Shown here piece by piece: positions 27,920 through 38,120 of a stretch of DNA of 64,000 nt. The DNA lies in contig JAHQJS010000004.1 of the NCBI GenBank assembly GCA_019057385.1, positions 884,727 through 948,726 on the forward strand, in the 5' to 3' direction. A model generated the notes under the pieces. It saw only the letters and a program-made list of their open reading frames with translations. It was not told the DNA's origin and did not search any database. Origin of the DNA: Candidatus Borrarchaeum weybense. GTDB taxonomy: Archaea > Asgardarchaeota > Sifarchaeia > Borrarchaeales > Borrarchaeaceae. The position numbers were made by a program, and so were the translations under genes. Numbering within the stretch: the first letter of the stretch is position 1; each line of letters begins with the position of its first letter.

Positions 27920-30343
27920 ATGGGAAAAGAGGAGTTTGTGACGGTTAATGGCAAGAAATATTACATCATAGAGAACAACTATACAAAGCGTCTAACCTTA
28001 GATCTTAACCATGCCAAAATTTCTGATTTTAAGGATGTTAAGGGATTAGATACTTTGACGGACTTACAAGTTCTGATCCTTGATCACAATCTGCTAAGAC
28101 AAATCGAGGGGGTAGATGCTCTCGCTAATCTAGAAGATTTAGTCCTCTCACACAACAAAATTACAGAGATAACGGGATTAGAGACCCTCACCAATCTCAA
28201 AGCATTAGATCTTAGATATAATCAGATCATAGAGATCAAGGGGTTGGAGAATCTAAAGGACCTCTATTATCTTAACCTTGACGGCAATCAGATCACAGAG
28301 ATTAAGGGATTGGAGACCCTCACCAATCTTCGTGAACTACATCTAGGATATGTTGATATTTTTGAAAGGCTTTCACGGAGATTATATGAAGCATATGGTG
28401 GAGATTTAGAAGAGTTTAAAGAAGAGAAGCATCGCAATCGTATAAGAGAGATCAAGGGATTGGAGAGCCTCACTAACCTTAAACTACTAGATCTACGTGG
28501 CAATAAGATAACAGATCTCAAGGGACTGGAAAATCTTACAAATCTGGAAGAAGTATTTCTTGAAGACAATCCGTTACAAGCTGCAGATCAGATTAAATAT
28601 AGCAGGGATAGGTATTACACGTCGTCGATTGTGGAATATTGTCAAAAGAAAAAAGAGGGTAAAATCCCCTTTGTAACAATTAAAGAAATAAAATATTATG
28701 TGTATGAAGCGGAATTGGGAGAAGCCTTATACCTTAGCGAGTTAGGAATTACCGATACCGCCGAAATTGAAGGATTAGAAGCACTTACTCAACTTATAAA
28801 CCTCAATCTATCCTCAAATCAAATCACCGAAATTAAAGGACTAGAGAATCTTTCTAATCTGGAAGAACTAAACCTTGAGAACAATCCGTTACGAGAGAAT
28901 GAGAAACATCTGATAGATCAAAGTGCTCAGGTAATTGTAAAATACTGTAGGGACAAAAAGGAGGGTAAACTGAAATATGTGACAGTTGGAGAAAAGCAAT
29001 ATCAGGCTAGCAACGACATACTCGACCTTAGCGATCAAGGTATCACTGATATAACTGAAATTAAGGGTTTAGAATTCCATTTTAGTCTAAGGAAACTATT
29101 TCTTAATAATAATAACATAAAAGAGATTAAAGGCTTAGAGAAACTCTCTTCTCTACAGGAATTACATCTCAGTAATAATCAAATCAAAGAGCTCAAAGGA
29201 CTCAAGAATAATACACTTCTCGAAACATTAAATCTTAATGGGAACCAGATAGAAGATCTCAGTGAATTAGAGCATCTTAAAAACCTAAGAGAATTATTTC
29301 TTAATAACAATCACATAAAAGAGATTAAAGGTTTAGAGAACCTTCATAATATACATAAATTAGATCTTCGCAACAACCAGATACAAGAACTTAAAGGATT
29401 GGAAAACATTTCTAATTTAGTAGATCTGTTCCTCGAAGACAACCAGATACAAGAGATCAAAGAGTTGGACAACCTTATTCATCTTAAAGAGCTTCATCTA
29501 GCAAGAAATCTCATAAAAGAGATTACAGGGCTAGTAAAACTTACTAATTTAACAAACCTTAATCTTAGTTATAATCAAATTGAAGAACTTAGGGGCCTTG
29601 AAACGCTTACTCATCTCAAAGAATTATACCTTGAAGGGAATCCGATAAGAGAATGGTCTATGGCATTTATGAAAGTGTTTGATGGAGATAAAGAAACGTG
29701 GTATACGCGAGATGTGCAAGATATCGTAAATTATTGTAAAGATAAGAAAGGGGGCAAAATACCTTTTGTTACAGTCAAAGGAAAAAGGTATCATGCTTAC
29801 GATGACGATCGAACTGAATACTACTATCATCATTTCATCTTAGATGACCTCGGCAACAAATTAGAACCTCAACTTAGATTAAACCTTAGCGGGTTAGGAA
29901 TTATTGATATTAAAGAGATTAAGGGCCTAAAAGATCTTAAAAACCTCCAAGTATTAGATCTCAGTCAGAACAAGATCAAGGAAATCGCCAGGCTGGGATC
30001 CCTTGAAAATCTCGCGATCTTACATCTTGAAGAAAATATGATCACAGAAACCAAAGGGTTGAAACCTCTAAAAAATCTCCAAGAACTCTATCTCAACAAT
30101 AATCAGATACTTGAGATCAAAGATGTGGAGTCTTTCAAAAACCTCTATTTGCTAAATCTTGAGAATAATCAAATAACAGAGGTAAAAGGTTTGGAGGCGT
30201 TAATTAACCTTGAGGAACTTAGACTTGAAGGAAATCCACTAGAAGTCGATGAACGACAGTTTATTTATATTGGCAGAACTGACGCAAAAAAAGTTGTGAG
30301 GTACTGCCAAGAAAAAGCTAACAAGGCAAAGGAAGGCGGGTGA
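27920..30343 (+). CDS. SDS22-like LRR protein with four capped LRR modules
   Basis: Repeated N-cap FVTV.GKKY, 22-aa LRRs and C-cap NP....A..IV.YC..KK. Confidence 0.92.
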   Translation: MGKEEFVTVNGKKYYIIENNYTKRLTLDLNHAKISDFKDVKGLDTLTDLQVLILDHNLLRQIEGVDALANLEDLVLSHNKITEITGLETLTNLKALDLRYNQIIEIKGLENLKDLYYLNLDGNQITEIKGLETLTNLRELHLGYVDIFERLSRRLYEAYGGDLEEFKEEKHRNRIREIKGLESLTNLKLLDLRGNKITDLKGLENLTNLEEVFLEDNPLQAADQIKYSRDRYYTSSIVEYCQKKKEGKIPFVTIKEIKYYVYEAELGEALYLSELGITDTAEIEGLEALTQLINLNLSSNQITEIKGLENLSNLEELNLENNPLRENEKHLIDQSAQVIVKYCRDKKEGKLKYVTVGEKQYQASNDILDLSDQGITDITEIKGLEFHFSLRKLFLNNNNIKEIKGLEKLSSLQELHLSNNQIKELKGLKNNTLLETLNLNGNQIEDLSELEHLKNLRELFLNNNHIKEIKGLENLHNIHKLDLRNNQIQELKGLENISNLVDLFLEDNQIQEIKELDNLIHLKELHLARNLIKEITGLVKLTNLTNLNLSYNQIEELRGLETLTHLKELYLEGNPIREWSMAFMKVFDGDKETWYTRDVQDIVNYCKDKKGGKIPFVTVKGKRYHAYDDDRTEYYYHHFILDDLGNKLEPQLRLNLSGLGIIDIKEIKGLKDLKNLQVLDLSQNKIKEIARLGSLENLAILHLEENMITETKGLKPLKNLQELYLNNNQILEIKDVESFKNLYLLNLENNQITEVKGLEALINLEELRLEGNPLEVDERQFIYIGRTDAKKVVRYCQEKANKAKEGG

Positions 30344-30366
30344 AGGCAATAAAGGAGTGGGTGGAT

Positions 30367-30521
30367 GGGAATCAGAGGGAGTTAAAGGATGGAAGAAGAG
30401 GAGATAGTAACAGTTAGAATAGTTCAGCCCATATGTTCTATTCTTATTAGCCAGAAAAGTAGAGGAAAAAACGATGACAAATGATTTTGTAACGTTTAGA
30501 GGCAAGAAATATTATGTTAAA
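30367..30521 (+). pseudogene. Two orphan 5' ends of LRR genes
   Basis: Duplicated leader CAGAGGGAGTTAAAGG-ATG with MEEEEIVTVR at 30389, and MTNDFVTFRGKKYYVK at 30474. Neither is followed by LRRs. Confidence 0.7.
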
Positions 30522-30836
30522 ATATTATGTTTTCCTCTTAATTTCTCATCTGATTCCAAGTAAATAAGTTAGTATTTGATGTAAACCAAGATTAGAAATA
30601 TGGATGAAAGTTTTTTTGAATTACCAAAGATGTTAAGATAGCTTATGAAATAAATACGTATCTATTTTGTTTTTTACAAGTGTTAGATTGAATTTATTGT
30701 CTGAAAATAAAAATATACATATAATTTTCACATTTTAATGTACTGTAATGAACAATTAATACGTAGCAATTCTTATATTAACGAAATCTTATCAAAGTCA
30801 CGTTTGTTTTACAAAAAGAATAAAAAAAATCTATAG

Positions 30837-32741
30837 GTGGATGTTAAAAAAATGTCATTTGGTGGTTATTGGGGTAAGATACTCCGTGTGAATTTAACCA
30901 CAAAGGAAGTTTCAGTTCAAGAGTATGATGAGGCATTTGCCAGAAAATGGATTGGTGGTGTAGGTTTGGCTGTAAAGATCTGTTATGATGAGATCCCAGC
31001 AAGAGCTGACCCATTAGGTCCTGAAAACTTATTGGTATATGCATGTGGTCCTTATCAGGGATATACAGCCATTCAAGGCTCAGGACGTTTCGCCATCTGC
31101 GGAAAGTCTCCTCTCACTGGAATATGGGGCCAGTCTACTGGTGGCGGGCACTCCGCTGAAGAACTTAAACGAGCAGGGTTTGATGCAGTTGTAGTAAGCG
31201 GTGCTTCTGATAAGCCTGTCTATATTTATGTAAAAGACGGAGAGGTCGAAATCAAAGATGCAAGTCATCTCTGGGGTAAAGATGCTGGTGAAACAGAGGA
31301 TATTCTAAAACAGGAACTCGGTGATAAAGTCCGTGTAGTGCCAATTGGTCCCGCTGGAGAAAACCTTGTAAGATATGCTGGTGTGATTACCGAGAAAGGT
31401 CATGGCTGTGCTGGACGTATGGGCATGGGTGCCATTATGGGCAGCAAAAAACTCAAAGCATTTGTCTTTCGAGGTACTATGAGACAGCCTATCGCAAACC
31501 CAGAAGAACTCAAGAAACTGAACAAAGAACTACTTCCAGTAATTCAAGAAAACGATTTTGCAAAAATGAACAGATCTGATGGACAGGCAATGGCCGTAAT
31601 TCCAAGAGAAGAAAACAGTCTCTTGCCGATTGGTAACTTCAAAGTTGGAACTTGGAAAGAAGGCGCTCGTAAAATTGGTTCTGCAGGAGGAGAGTTCAAT
31701 GAAGTTCTTAAGCCACAACCTGATTCATGTTCATATTGTATAGTAGGCTGCCACAGAAGAGTCATCATTGATGAAGGCGGACCTTATGACATGGACGGCT
31801 ACGGACCTGAATATGAGACCTTAGGCATGATGGGAAGCGACTGTCTCGTCGATAATCTTAAAGCAATCAATTATGCAGGTCATCTTTGCAATATTTATGG
31901 CATGGATACTATTGATTTTGGTGGTATGTGTGCTTTTGCTATGGATGCCTATGAAAACGGCATTATCAAGAAAGAAGATTTGGGCTTTGAATTACCGTTT
32001 GGTGATGGCGATGCCATGATTAAACTCGTAGATCTCATTACTTTCCGGAAAAATGAAATGGGCAAGCTATTAGGTGAGGGCGTTAAAGTAGCAGGTGATA
32101 AATTGGGTTGTCCAGAACTCGCAGTACAAGTCAACAATGCTGTAATCCCTGCACATGACCCAAGAGCATTCTTCTCAATGGCAGTCACATATGCATGCGG
32201 TTCACGTGGCCCTTGTCATGTTACTGGTTTCTCTGAAGCTGCTGAACTAGGTGTACCCTTACCAGAATACGAGCTAACAGATGTTCCACTTGACCGTTTC
32301 TCAGACAAGCAAAAAGGTCTTGCCGCGTTAGCGTGGATGGACTTCTCAATGTTCGATGACGCTCTAATAGTGTGTCTCTTCTATGATTTCTCAGGATATA
32401 CAACTCAAACTAAGGTCGATCTCCTTAAAGCTGTAACTGGTTGGGACGACTATAACACCACAGAGGCGTTAGTTGATCTTGGCGGTAGACTAAATCAGTT
32501 GATGAGGATGTTTAATCTTAAACAAGGTCTTATTCCAGAGAAAAATGACGTTCTTCCACCAAGAATGTTCGAACCTCTTGGTGAAGGTGGTGCAGCAGGA
32601 GCAGACCTCAGACCAGTGTTTGAAAAAATGAGGACAGAGTACTATAGTGAACGTGGATGGAATGCGAAAGGTATACCAACTCCAGAAACTCTGAAACGAT
32701 TTGGATTAGATTTTGCAGTAGCCGATATCGACAATTATTAG
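30837..32741 (+). CDS. aor: Aldehyde:ferredoxin oxidoreductase (tungstopterin AOR family)
   Basis: GKILRVNLT, KSPLTG, IGPAGEN, GR.GMGAIMGSKKLKA, CxxCxxxC, GPEYET and HDPR motifs. The start may be ATG 30852. Confidence 0.95.
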   Translation: MDVKKMSFGGYWGKILRVNLTTKEVSVQEYDEAFARKWIGGVGLAVKICYDEIPARADPLGPENLLVYACGPYQGYTAIQGSGRFAICGKSPLTGIWGQSTGGGHSAEELKRAGFDAVVVSGASDKPVYIYVKDGEVEIKDASHLWGKDAGETEDILKQELGDKVRVVPIGPAGENLVRYAGVITEKGHGCAGRMGMGAIMGSKKLKAFVFRGTMRQPIANPEELKKLNKELLPVIQENDFAKMNRSDGQAMAVIPREENSLLPIGNFKVGTWKEGARKIGSAGGEFNEVLKPQPDSCSYCIVGCHRRVIIDEGGPYDMDGYGPEYETLGMMGSDCLVDNLKAINYAGHLCNIYGMDTIDFGGMCAFAMDAYENGIIKKEDLGFELPFGDGDAMIKLVDLITFRKNEMGKLLGEGVKVAGDKLGCPELAVQVNNAVIPAHDPRAFFSMAVTYACGSRGPCHVTGFSEAAELGVPLPEYELTDVPLDRFSDKQKGLAALAWMDFSMFDDALIVCLFYDFSGYTTQTKVDLLKAVTGWDDYNTTEALVDLGGRLNQLMRMFNLKQGLIPEKNDVLPPRMFEPLGEGGAAGADLRPVFEKMRTEYYSERGWNAKGIPTPETLKRFGLDFAVADIDNY

Positions 32742-32801
32742 TAAACAAGGCGTAAAGCCTTCCCTTTTTTCTTTAATTTTCTAAAGGAACGGTGTTCTAC
32801 T

Positions 32802-32969
32802 ATGGCAAAGATAACTGTCAAGGAATGGAAAGAAAAATATGGTTATACCTCAAGAAACTACCTGATGGATCTAAAGAATAAGACCGTTCTTAGAGATAAT
32901 GACATGATAAATGAAGATATAGAAGAAGGTGTGGACGTAAAAGTCTTTAAAATCTACCCAGGTGGCTAA
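32802..32969 (+). CDS. Short MoaD/ThiS/ubiquitin-like protein (55 aa) ending in GG; missed by the ORF track
   Basis: MAKITVKEW...DVKVFKIYPGG*, with a GGTG RBS, directly downstream of aor. Confidence 0.7.
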   Translation: MAKITVKEWKEKYGYTSRNYLMDLKNKTVLRDNDMINEDIEEGVDVKVFKIYPGG

Positions 32970-32989
32970 TTTTCTTACATCATTTTTAT

Positions 32990-33082
32990 CTGATATCAGC
33001 GAGAAGACCCCTTCCGACAGGGAGGGGTAGTTGAATTCAACTTATTTGGCGGGACACCCTTTCTAAAGGCGGGGTAGTTCAC
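32990..33082 (+). mobile_element. Two tandem IS200/IS605 mini-elements (PATE-like)
   Basis: TTTAT|CTGATATCAGCGAGAAGACCCCTTCC..GGGAGGGGTAGTTGA and TTCAA|CTTATTTGGCGGGAC..GGCGGGGTAGTTCAC. Confidence 0.7.
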
Positions 33083-33120
33083 AAAAATGGCTTATAGAGT
33101 CAATAAATTGACTAAATTGG

Positions 33121-34146
33121 TTATAATCCAATCCCATCAATTTTTGAATTACATTTATAACATAGATTGTTTTTAATCTCATTTTTTGTATAGTAAAACC
33201 CCCGTCTTTGAATGAGTAGTTCGCCACAATTATAACAGTACGTATTCTCCCCCCGTCCAACATTTCCCATGTACACATATTTTAAACCTGCCTCTTGTCC
33301 AATCTTTTGTGCCCTTTCTAATGTACTTACTGGAGTTGGCGGTTTGTCAGTGAGTTTATATGTTGGACGAAAAGCCGAGACGTGCCAAGGTGTTTCTTCC
33401 CCGACTTCATCACGAATAAATACTGCAATTTGTCTTAATTCATCATCTGAGTCATTCAAATCTGGAATTATTAAGGTAGTTATTTCAACCCATATGCCAA
33501 GCTCTTTATGAAGTCTAATTGAGTCCAATACGGGCTGTAGTTTTGCCCCACAAATTTCTTTATAAAAAAGGTCGGTCATCGCTTTTAGATCAATATTTGC
33601 GGCGTCTAAATATGGAGCAATCTCATGCAACGCTTCTTTTGAAATATATCCGTTTGTTACGAAGATATTTTTGATTCCTTCTTTCGTAGCTAACTTTGCA
33701 ATGTCATAGGCGTATTCAAAAAATATTGTCGGTTCAGTGTAGGTATATGCAATACTTTTACATTTATTTCGTTTTGCATCAGCAACAACTTTCTCTGGAG
33801 GAATATCCATCCCTGTGATACGCTTCTTATCTTTTGGCATTTGAGAAATATCATAATTTTGACAGTGTTTGCATCTAAAATTACATCCTGGAGTAGCGAT
33901 CGAATAAGCAGTGGAGCCGGGATAAAAATGGAATAATGGCTTCTTTTCAATCGGATCCACAGCACGAGAAACAAGTTGCCCATATACCAAAGTATAAAGT
34001 GTCCCTTGGTTATTTTCTCTAACCGTGCATATTCCTCGTTTAGCATCTTTAATCATACAGTAATGATTACAAAGAGTACAACGTACTGTTGAATTATCCA
34101 ATTTTTCGTACATCATAGCTTCTTTCATTTTTTCCGCCAATTTCAA
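33121..34146 (-). CDS. amrS: AmmeMemoRadiSam-system radical SAM enzyme
   Basis: CTLCNHYC, DPIEKKPLFHFYPG, CNFRCKHCQN and YTYTEP motifs. Confidence 0.9.
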   Translation of the reverse strand: MKLAEKMKEAMMYEKLDNSTVRCTLCNHYCMIKDAKRGICTVRENNQGTLYTLVYGQLVSRAVDPIEKKPLFHFYPGSTAYSIATPGCNFRCKHCQNYDISQMPKDKKRITGMDIPPEKVVADAKRNKCKSIAYTYTEPTIFFEYAYDIAKLATKEGIKNIFVTNGYISKEALHEIAPYLDAANIDLKAMTDLFYKEICGAKLQPVLDSIRLHKELGIWVEITTLIIPDLNDSDDELRQIAVFIRDEVGEETPWHVSAFRPTYKLTDKPPTPVSTLERAQKIGQEAGLKYVYMGNVGRGENTYCYNCGELLIQRRGFYYTKNEIKNNLCYKCNSKIDGIGL

Positions 34147-34218
34147 ACTTAACTTGATTTAATACTATATTACCATTAGATTTATAACTCAACTGGCAAG
34201 AAGACTCCTCCATGCTTT

Positions 34219-35034
34219 GTGCAGTATAGTTCAGCTGAATATATGTGCACAAATGAGGTGAATAAAATCTTGGATACACAGCTTGTGGACACTCATGCTC
34301 ATTTACAAAATGCTCGTTATAATAATGATCTTGAATCAGTAATTTTTAGAATACAACAAGCTAATATGAAGGTCATTGTTATTGGCTGGGATTTAGAGTC
34401 TAGTCAGAGAGCAATAGAACTAGCCTCTCAATATGAGTTTATTTATGCAACGGTGGGCCTCTCTCATTATAGTGCTAACGAGATGAATGATGATTTATTG
34501 AATAATCTTTCTCAATTGGCACAAAAAGAAGGAGTAGTAGCTATAGGTGAAACTGGACTCGATTATTATCGCATGGCAGCATCGATTACTTCTCAACAAC
34601 GTCTTTTTCGTGCACAAATTCAATTGGCATTATCATTATCATTGCCATTAGTTATTCATGATCGAGATGCCCATAAAGATATAGTAAATATCTTGAAGGA
34701 GGAAGAAGCCCACGAAGGAGTAATTCACTGTTTTAGTGGAGACGAAGATATGCTTAAGGATGTACTTGATATTGATTTTTATATCTCTCTATCTGGCATA
34801 ATCACCTTTTCCAAACCTCTTGCTCAACTTATAAAACAAATACCACTTGATCGGCTTCTTGTTGAGACAGATAGTCCTTATCTAGCACCAGTACCCAAGC
34901 GTGGCAAAAGAAATGAACCTAGTTATCTTAAGTATATTGTTCAAAAGATTTCAGAGATTTTAGACTTGACGTATGAAGAAGTTGTTCAAATAAATGAAAC
35001 GAACGCTAACAATCTATTCAAGCTTAAAGACTAA
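34219..35034 (+). CDS. tatD: TatD-family nuclease
   Basis: DTHAH, IGETGLDY, IHDR, IHCF and ETDSPYLAP motifs; the true start is probably near 34270. Confidence 0.92.
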   Translation: MQYSSAEYMCTNEVNKILDTQLVDTHAHLQNARYNNDLESVIFRIQQANMKVIVIGWDLESSQRAIELASQYEFIYATVGLSHYSANEMNDDLLNNLSQLAQKEGVVAIGETGLDYYRMAASITSQQRLFRAQIQLALSLSLPLVIHDRDAHKDIVNILKEEEAHEGVIHCFSGDEDMLKDVLDIDFYISLSGIITFSKPLAQLIKQIPLDRLLVETDSPYLAPVPKRGKRNEPSYLKYIVQKISEILDLTYEEVVQINETNANNLFKLKD

Positions 35035-35076
35035 TACACTATTGTTTATGGTATAAAAGAAACCTATAGAAATTTT

Positions 35077-35799
35077 TTAGTCAACCAGGCGGAAATAAAC
35101 TCTACGATTATTTTTTCCTTTATTTTTTGCTTCGATGAATTCTATTTGACCAACTTCTTTTAGATTGCGTACATGTGTGCCGCCATCCGCTTGTTTATCG
35201 ATACCTTCGATTTCAACTATTCGCAACTTAGGAAGGTCTGGTGGAAAGGCACCCGCCATTCTTGAGACAGTTGGAATTTTAATTGCCTCATCATAGTCTA
35301 ATTCGTACCATTTCACTGCGATATCTTGTTCGAAAAGTGCATTAGCTTTCTCTATGTAAGTTAGAAAAACTTCCTTTGAGAATTCTTTAAGATTGAAATC
35401 GAATCTTGTTTTTTCTAGACTAATTTGGTTGCCTGTAATGAGTGTTCCAGTGTCTTCACAGAGAATTGCAGCTAACGTGTGTGCTGCTGTATGGCTTCTC
35501 ATGAATTTATAGCGTCTATCCCAATCGATTTGACATTTTATTTTATCCCCAGGTTGTAATCCTGGCTCACCTACTTCATGAGAAATTTCACCTGAGAATT
35601 TGCCTACATAAACTACTGGAAATACTTCTTCATCTCGAATCATTTTACCTGTGTCATGTGGTTGTCCACCGCCCTTTGGATAAAAGATTGTTTGGTCAAG
35701 AACAACATATTTATCTTCTTTGACACTTACAACGGTGGTCTCACATTCTTGAAGGTAACTGTCCTCTAAATATAATATTTGGGTCACGTTATTCACCAA
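35077..35799 (-). CDS. alaXM: AlaX-M tRNA editing protein
   Basis: FYPKGGGQPHD, MRSHTAAH and ADGGTH motifs. Confidence 0.92.
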   Translation of the reverse strand: MVNNVTQILYLEDSYLQECETTVVSVKEDKYVVLDQTIFYPKGGGQPHDTGKMIRDEEVFPVVYVGKFSGEISHEVGEPGLQPGDKIKCQIDWDRRYKFMRSHTAAHTLAAILCEDTGTLITGNQISLEKTRFDFNLKEFSKEVFLTYIEKANALFEQDIAVKWYELDYDEAIKIPTVSRMAGAFPPDLPKLRIVEIEGIDKQADGGTHVRNLKEVGQIEFIEAKNKGKNNRRVYFRLVD

Positions 35800-36665
35800 T
35801 TTGGATTATCTATGTCACTTTATTTAACCTGCATGCAGTGTATTACTAAACTTTTGCGAGATCTTCTCTTGATCAACTGAATTTTATAATTTTGACATTA
35901 TAAATTAACTATTATTAACATGGTCAGCGATAATTAATATTTGATATTCTGGCACAACAGGTTCATTTATTCCAAGATATATAGTTTCAATTATATCAAA
36001 TCCATGTGATTTCAGAATTTTTCCCCATTCTTTTATCCTAAGAAAATTAAGAGGTACATTGATATCTTCGTCTCCAATGACTCGATTGTAAAACCAATCA
36101 AAAAAGCTATTAGTCACCCTTATATCATCTTCCTCAATATAGCCTTCTATAATTACTAAGCGTTTTTTGGTTATTCTTGTTGCTTCCTTCAATAGATGTT
36201 CGGGGTCACTCGCATGATGCAATACAGTATATAAAATGGTAGTACCTACTTCCTCATCTGCTAACGGAATCTTTTCCTCTGGATTATATAAGATCAATGG
36301 TAGGTCTGTATAATTATAATCTACAATATCAACCAGCACGACTTCTTTCTTAAGTTGTTTTTTTATTTCTAACGATAAAAGCCCATCTCCTGCACCAAGA
36401 TCAAGTATTTTCTCTCCTACGATGTAGTCTGCTACTAATTCAAAACTCCTTTTAGCGCGTTTGAATGCATAAGCCTTTCGATCTTTTTCCTTATCGACAT
36501 GTTTTCTGATAAATTTTCGCAGTGTTTCTTCAACTTTAATAAGAGGTATTCCTTTTTTCATGCCTTTAGTTATGGTTCTATTTACATAGAACCAAAAAAT
36601 ATGTCTTTTAAAAAAATTTAAATTGGCATTTTTCATGGTAGATAAAAATAATGACCGGATTTCAT

Positions 36666-37042
36666 TGGATTGCCTCAAGGAGACTCCCGCCCTAAAGAGT
36701 GGAGAGGAATTAAGGTCGGGTTTTGCTCACACAACCCTTTCTGCGAGCACAGGGGTTGGTGTACCCGACCTTGGGCGGTGTTTTAATGATGGGTACTCTC
36801 AAGTCCCATCCCTCCCAACACCAAGGGAGTCGGTCCACTTCGAGGTTGTTGTAAAGGCTTACCCGTCCGTAGCACCGTTCCTACCCCTCAGAACTTTTAA
36901 CCAGCGGACGACAGAGCAAGGGGCTAGTGGAGCACCCCAGGGTGTCATAACCTCAACAACTGCTGCATCTCTCTCGTAAGGAGAGACGCCCTCTAATCAA
37001 CTAATACCCTTCGGGTATACCCTTTAGGGTGGGGTAGTTGAC
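36666..37042 (-). ncRNA. Standalone HEARO / IscB-type omegaRNA within a non-autonomous element
   Basis: Starts GTCAACTACCCCACCCTAAAGG and contains GTTGATTAGAGG, ACACCCTGGGGTGCTCCACTAGCCCCTTGCTCTGT and AACAACCTCGAAG. Terminal hairpin is followed by ATGAA. No iscB ORF. Confidence 0.85.
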
Positions 37043-37133
37043 TCCAATAGTGCTTGTCTTTTTTATTTTTCTTAGAAAATATTGGATATATGAGACGTTC
37101 CACAACAGTTATATCGTTTTGATTAGCAGGCTT

Positions 37134-37406
37134 GTAAACTACCTCACGCGAAAGCAGTGAGGCTTGTAGCTGTGCGTGATCTCAGCCCTCTAACTATACG
37201 AGCTAGAGTTTAAACGTTATCGCACGCTACCACATGGGCGTGTTTACCGCAGCCAGCCCAATAATCCGCATATAGCATCGGGCTGTATTTCTTGCACAAC
37301 TTACACGAGACTATTACTATGGTCGTTACACTATTTATAGATGGAGAGACTTTGGTATAAGTAAAAGTAAACATCCTCAAGGATTGGGCTTCCCTGAGAG
37401 GGAACT
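37134..37406 (-). mobile_element. IS200/IS605 MITE with a putative omegaRNA
   Basis: TTCAC|AGTTCCCTCTCAGGGAAGCCCAATCC left end, internal TATAAATA and right end AAGCCTCACTGCTTTCGCGTGAGGTAGTTTAC. Confidence 0.75.
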
Positions 37407-37440
37407 GTGAAATTTTATTATTTCTTCTTGAACCATTTAT

Positions 37441-37498
37441 AACAACCTCAAAGAAGCTCCTGCCCTTAAGGTAGGGAGGCATTGAGGGAGGGTTTCAC
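37441..37498 (+). mobile_element. IS200/IS605 mini-element just upstream of the methyltransferase start codon
   Basis: TTTAT|AACAACCTCAAAGAAG-CTCCTGCCCTTAAGGTAGGGAG...GGTTTCAC. Confidence 0.65.
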
Positions 37499-37578
37499 TT
37501 TTACTAGGGTCTCTCCACCTTTAAATTCCTTTTTTCTATTAAATCAAAAATCGATGAATTAAAAGAAGGTGTGATAGG

Positions 37579-37806
37579 ATGGTTAAAAGAAATGAAAATA
37601 ACGATTGTGAACGTTGCCTCATATACCCTGTAAAAATTAATGCTATTTCTCGTGAAGAAAATATAGTTATTATTGAAGTTGATTCGCTAGAAGAACTGAC
37701 AATGATTGCAGAAGGATTTAAAAAGCCACTTCTTCATGATGAAACTCATCATCTCGTTATATTTGACAAAGAAATTCATTATAGAACTAAAAATGTTGAT
37801 TTGTGA
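37579..37806 (+). CDS. Small hypothetical protein
   Basis: 75-aa ORF with a GGTG RBS. Confidence 0.6.
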   Translation: MVKRNENNDCERCLIYPVKINAISREENIVIIEVDSLEELTMIAEGFKKPLLHDETHHLVIFDKEIHYRTKNVDL

Positions 37807-37840
37807 AAGAAAGCCTATCAAGTTTTCAATGACATTTAAA

Positions 37841-37972
37841 TTATTCTTCTTTCTTGGATTCGCAGGCTTTTACTAGGCGAGCATATTCAGCGGCGTTTAA
37901 TTCTTTTCTCGCCATTTTAAGGCATTCTTTAATCATATCTTCTTTCTCATCTTCATGAGATTTTTTCGCCAT
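37841..37972 (-). CDS. Small helical protein (43 aa), not in the ORF track
   Basis: MAKKSHEDEKEDMIKECLKMARKELNAAEYARLVKACESKKEE*, with a GAGGA RBS. Confidence 0.5.
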   Translation of the reverse strand: MAKKSHEDEKEDMIKECLKMARKELNAAEYARLVKACESKKEE

Positions 37973-38120
37973 AACTAATCCTCAATTCATAAAAGATATT
38001 TTATTTCAAAAGATTTTCGCTTGAGGTGAATAGTAAAGGTCTTTAAATGATCAAAAATCGGTGAAAGATGAACTTATCCTATTAAATTTTGAAAAGAGAT
38101 TCCTTAATGACCAGGAATAG

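Larger units (their letters stand above)
35905..37436 (-). pseudogene. Class I SAM methyltransferase interrupted by two IS200/IS605 insertions (reconstructed 293 aa)
   Basis: ILDLGAGDG and VLHH motifs. Segments 37436-37407, 37133-37043 and 36665-35905 join in frame as MVQEEIIKFH/KPANQ...KHYW/NEIRSLF. Confidence 0.8.
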
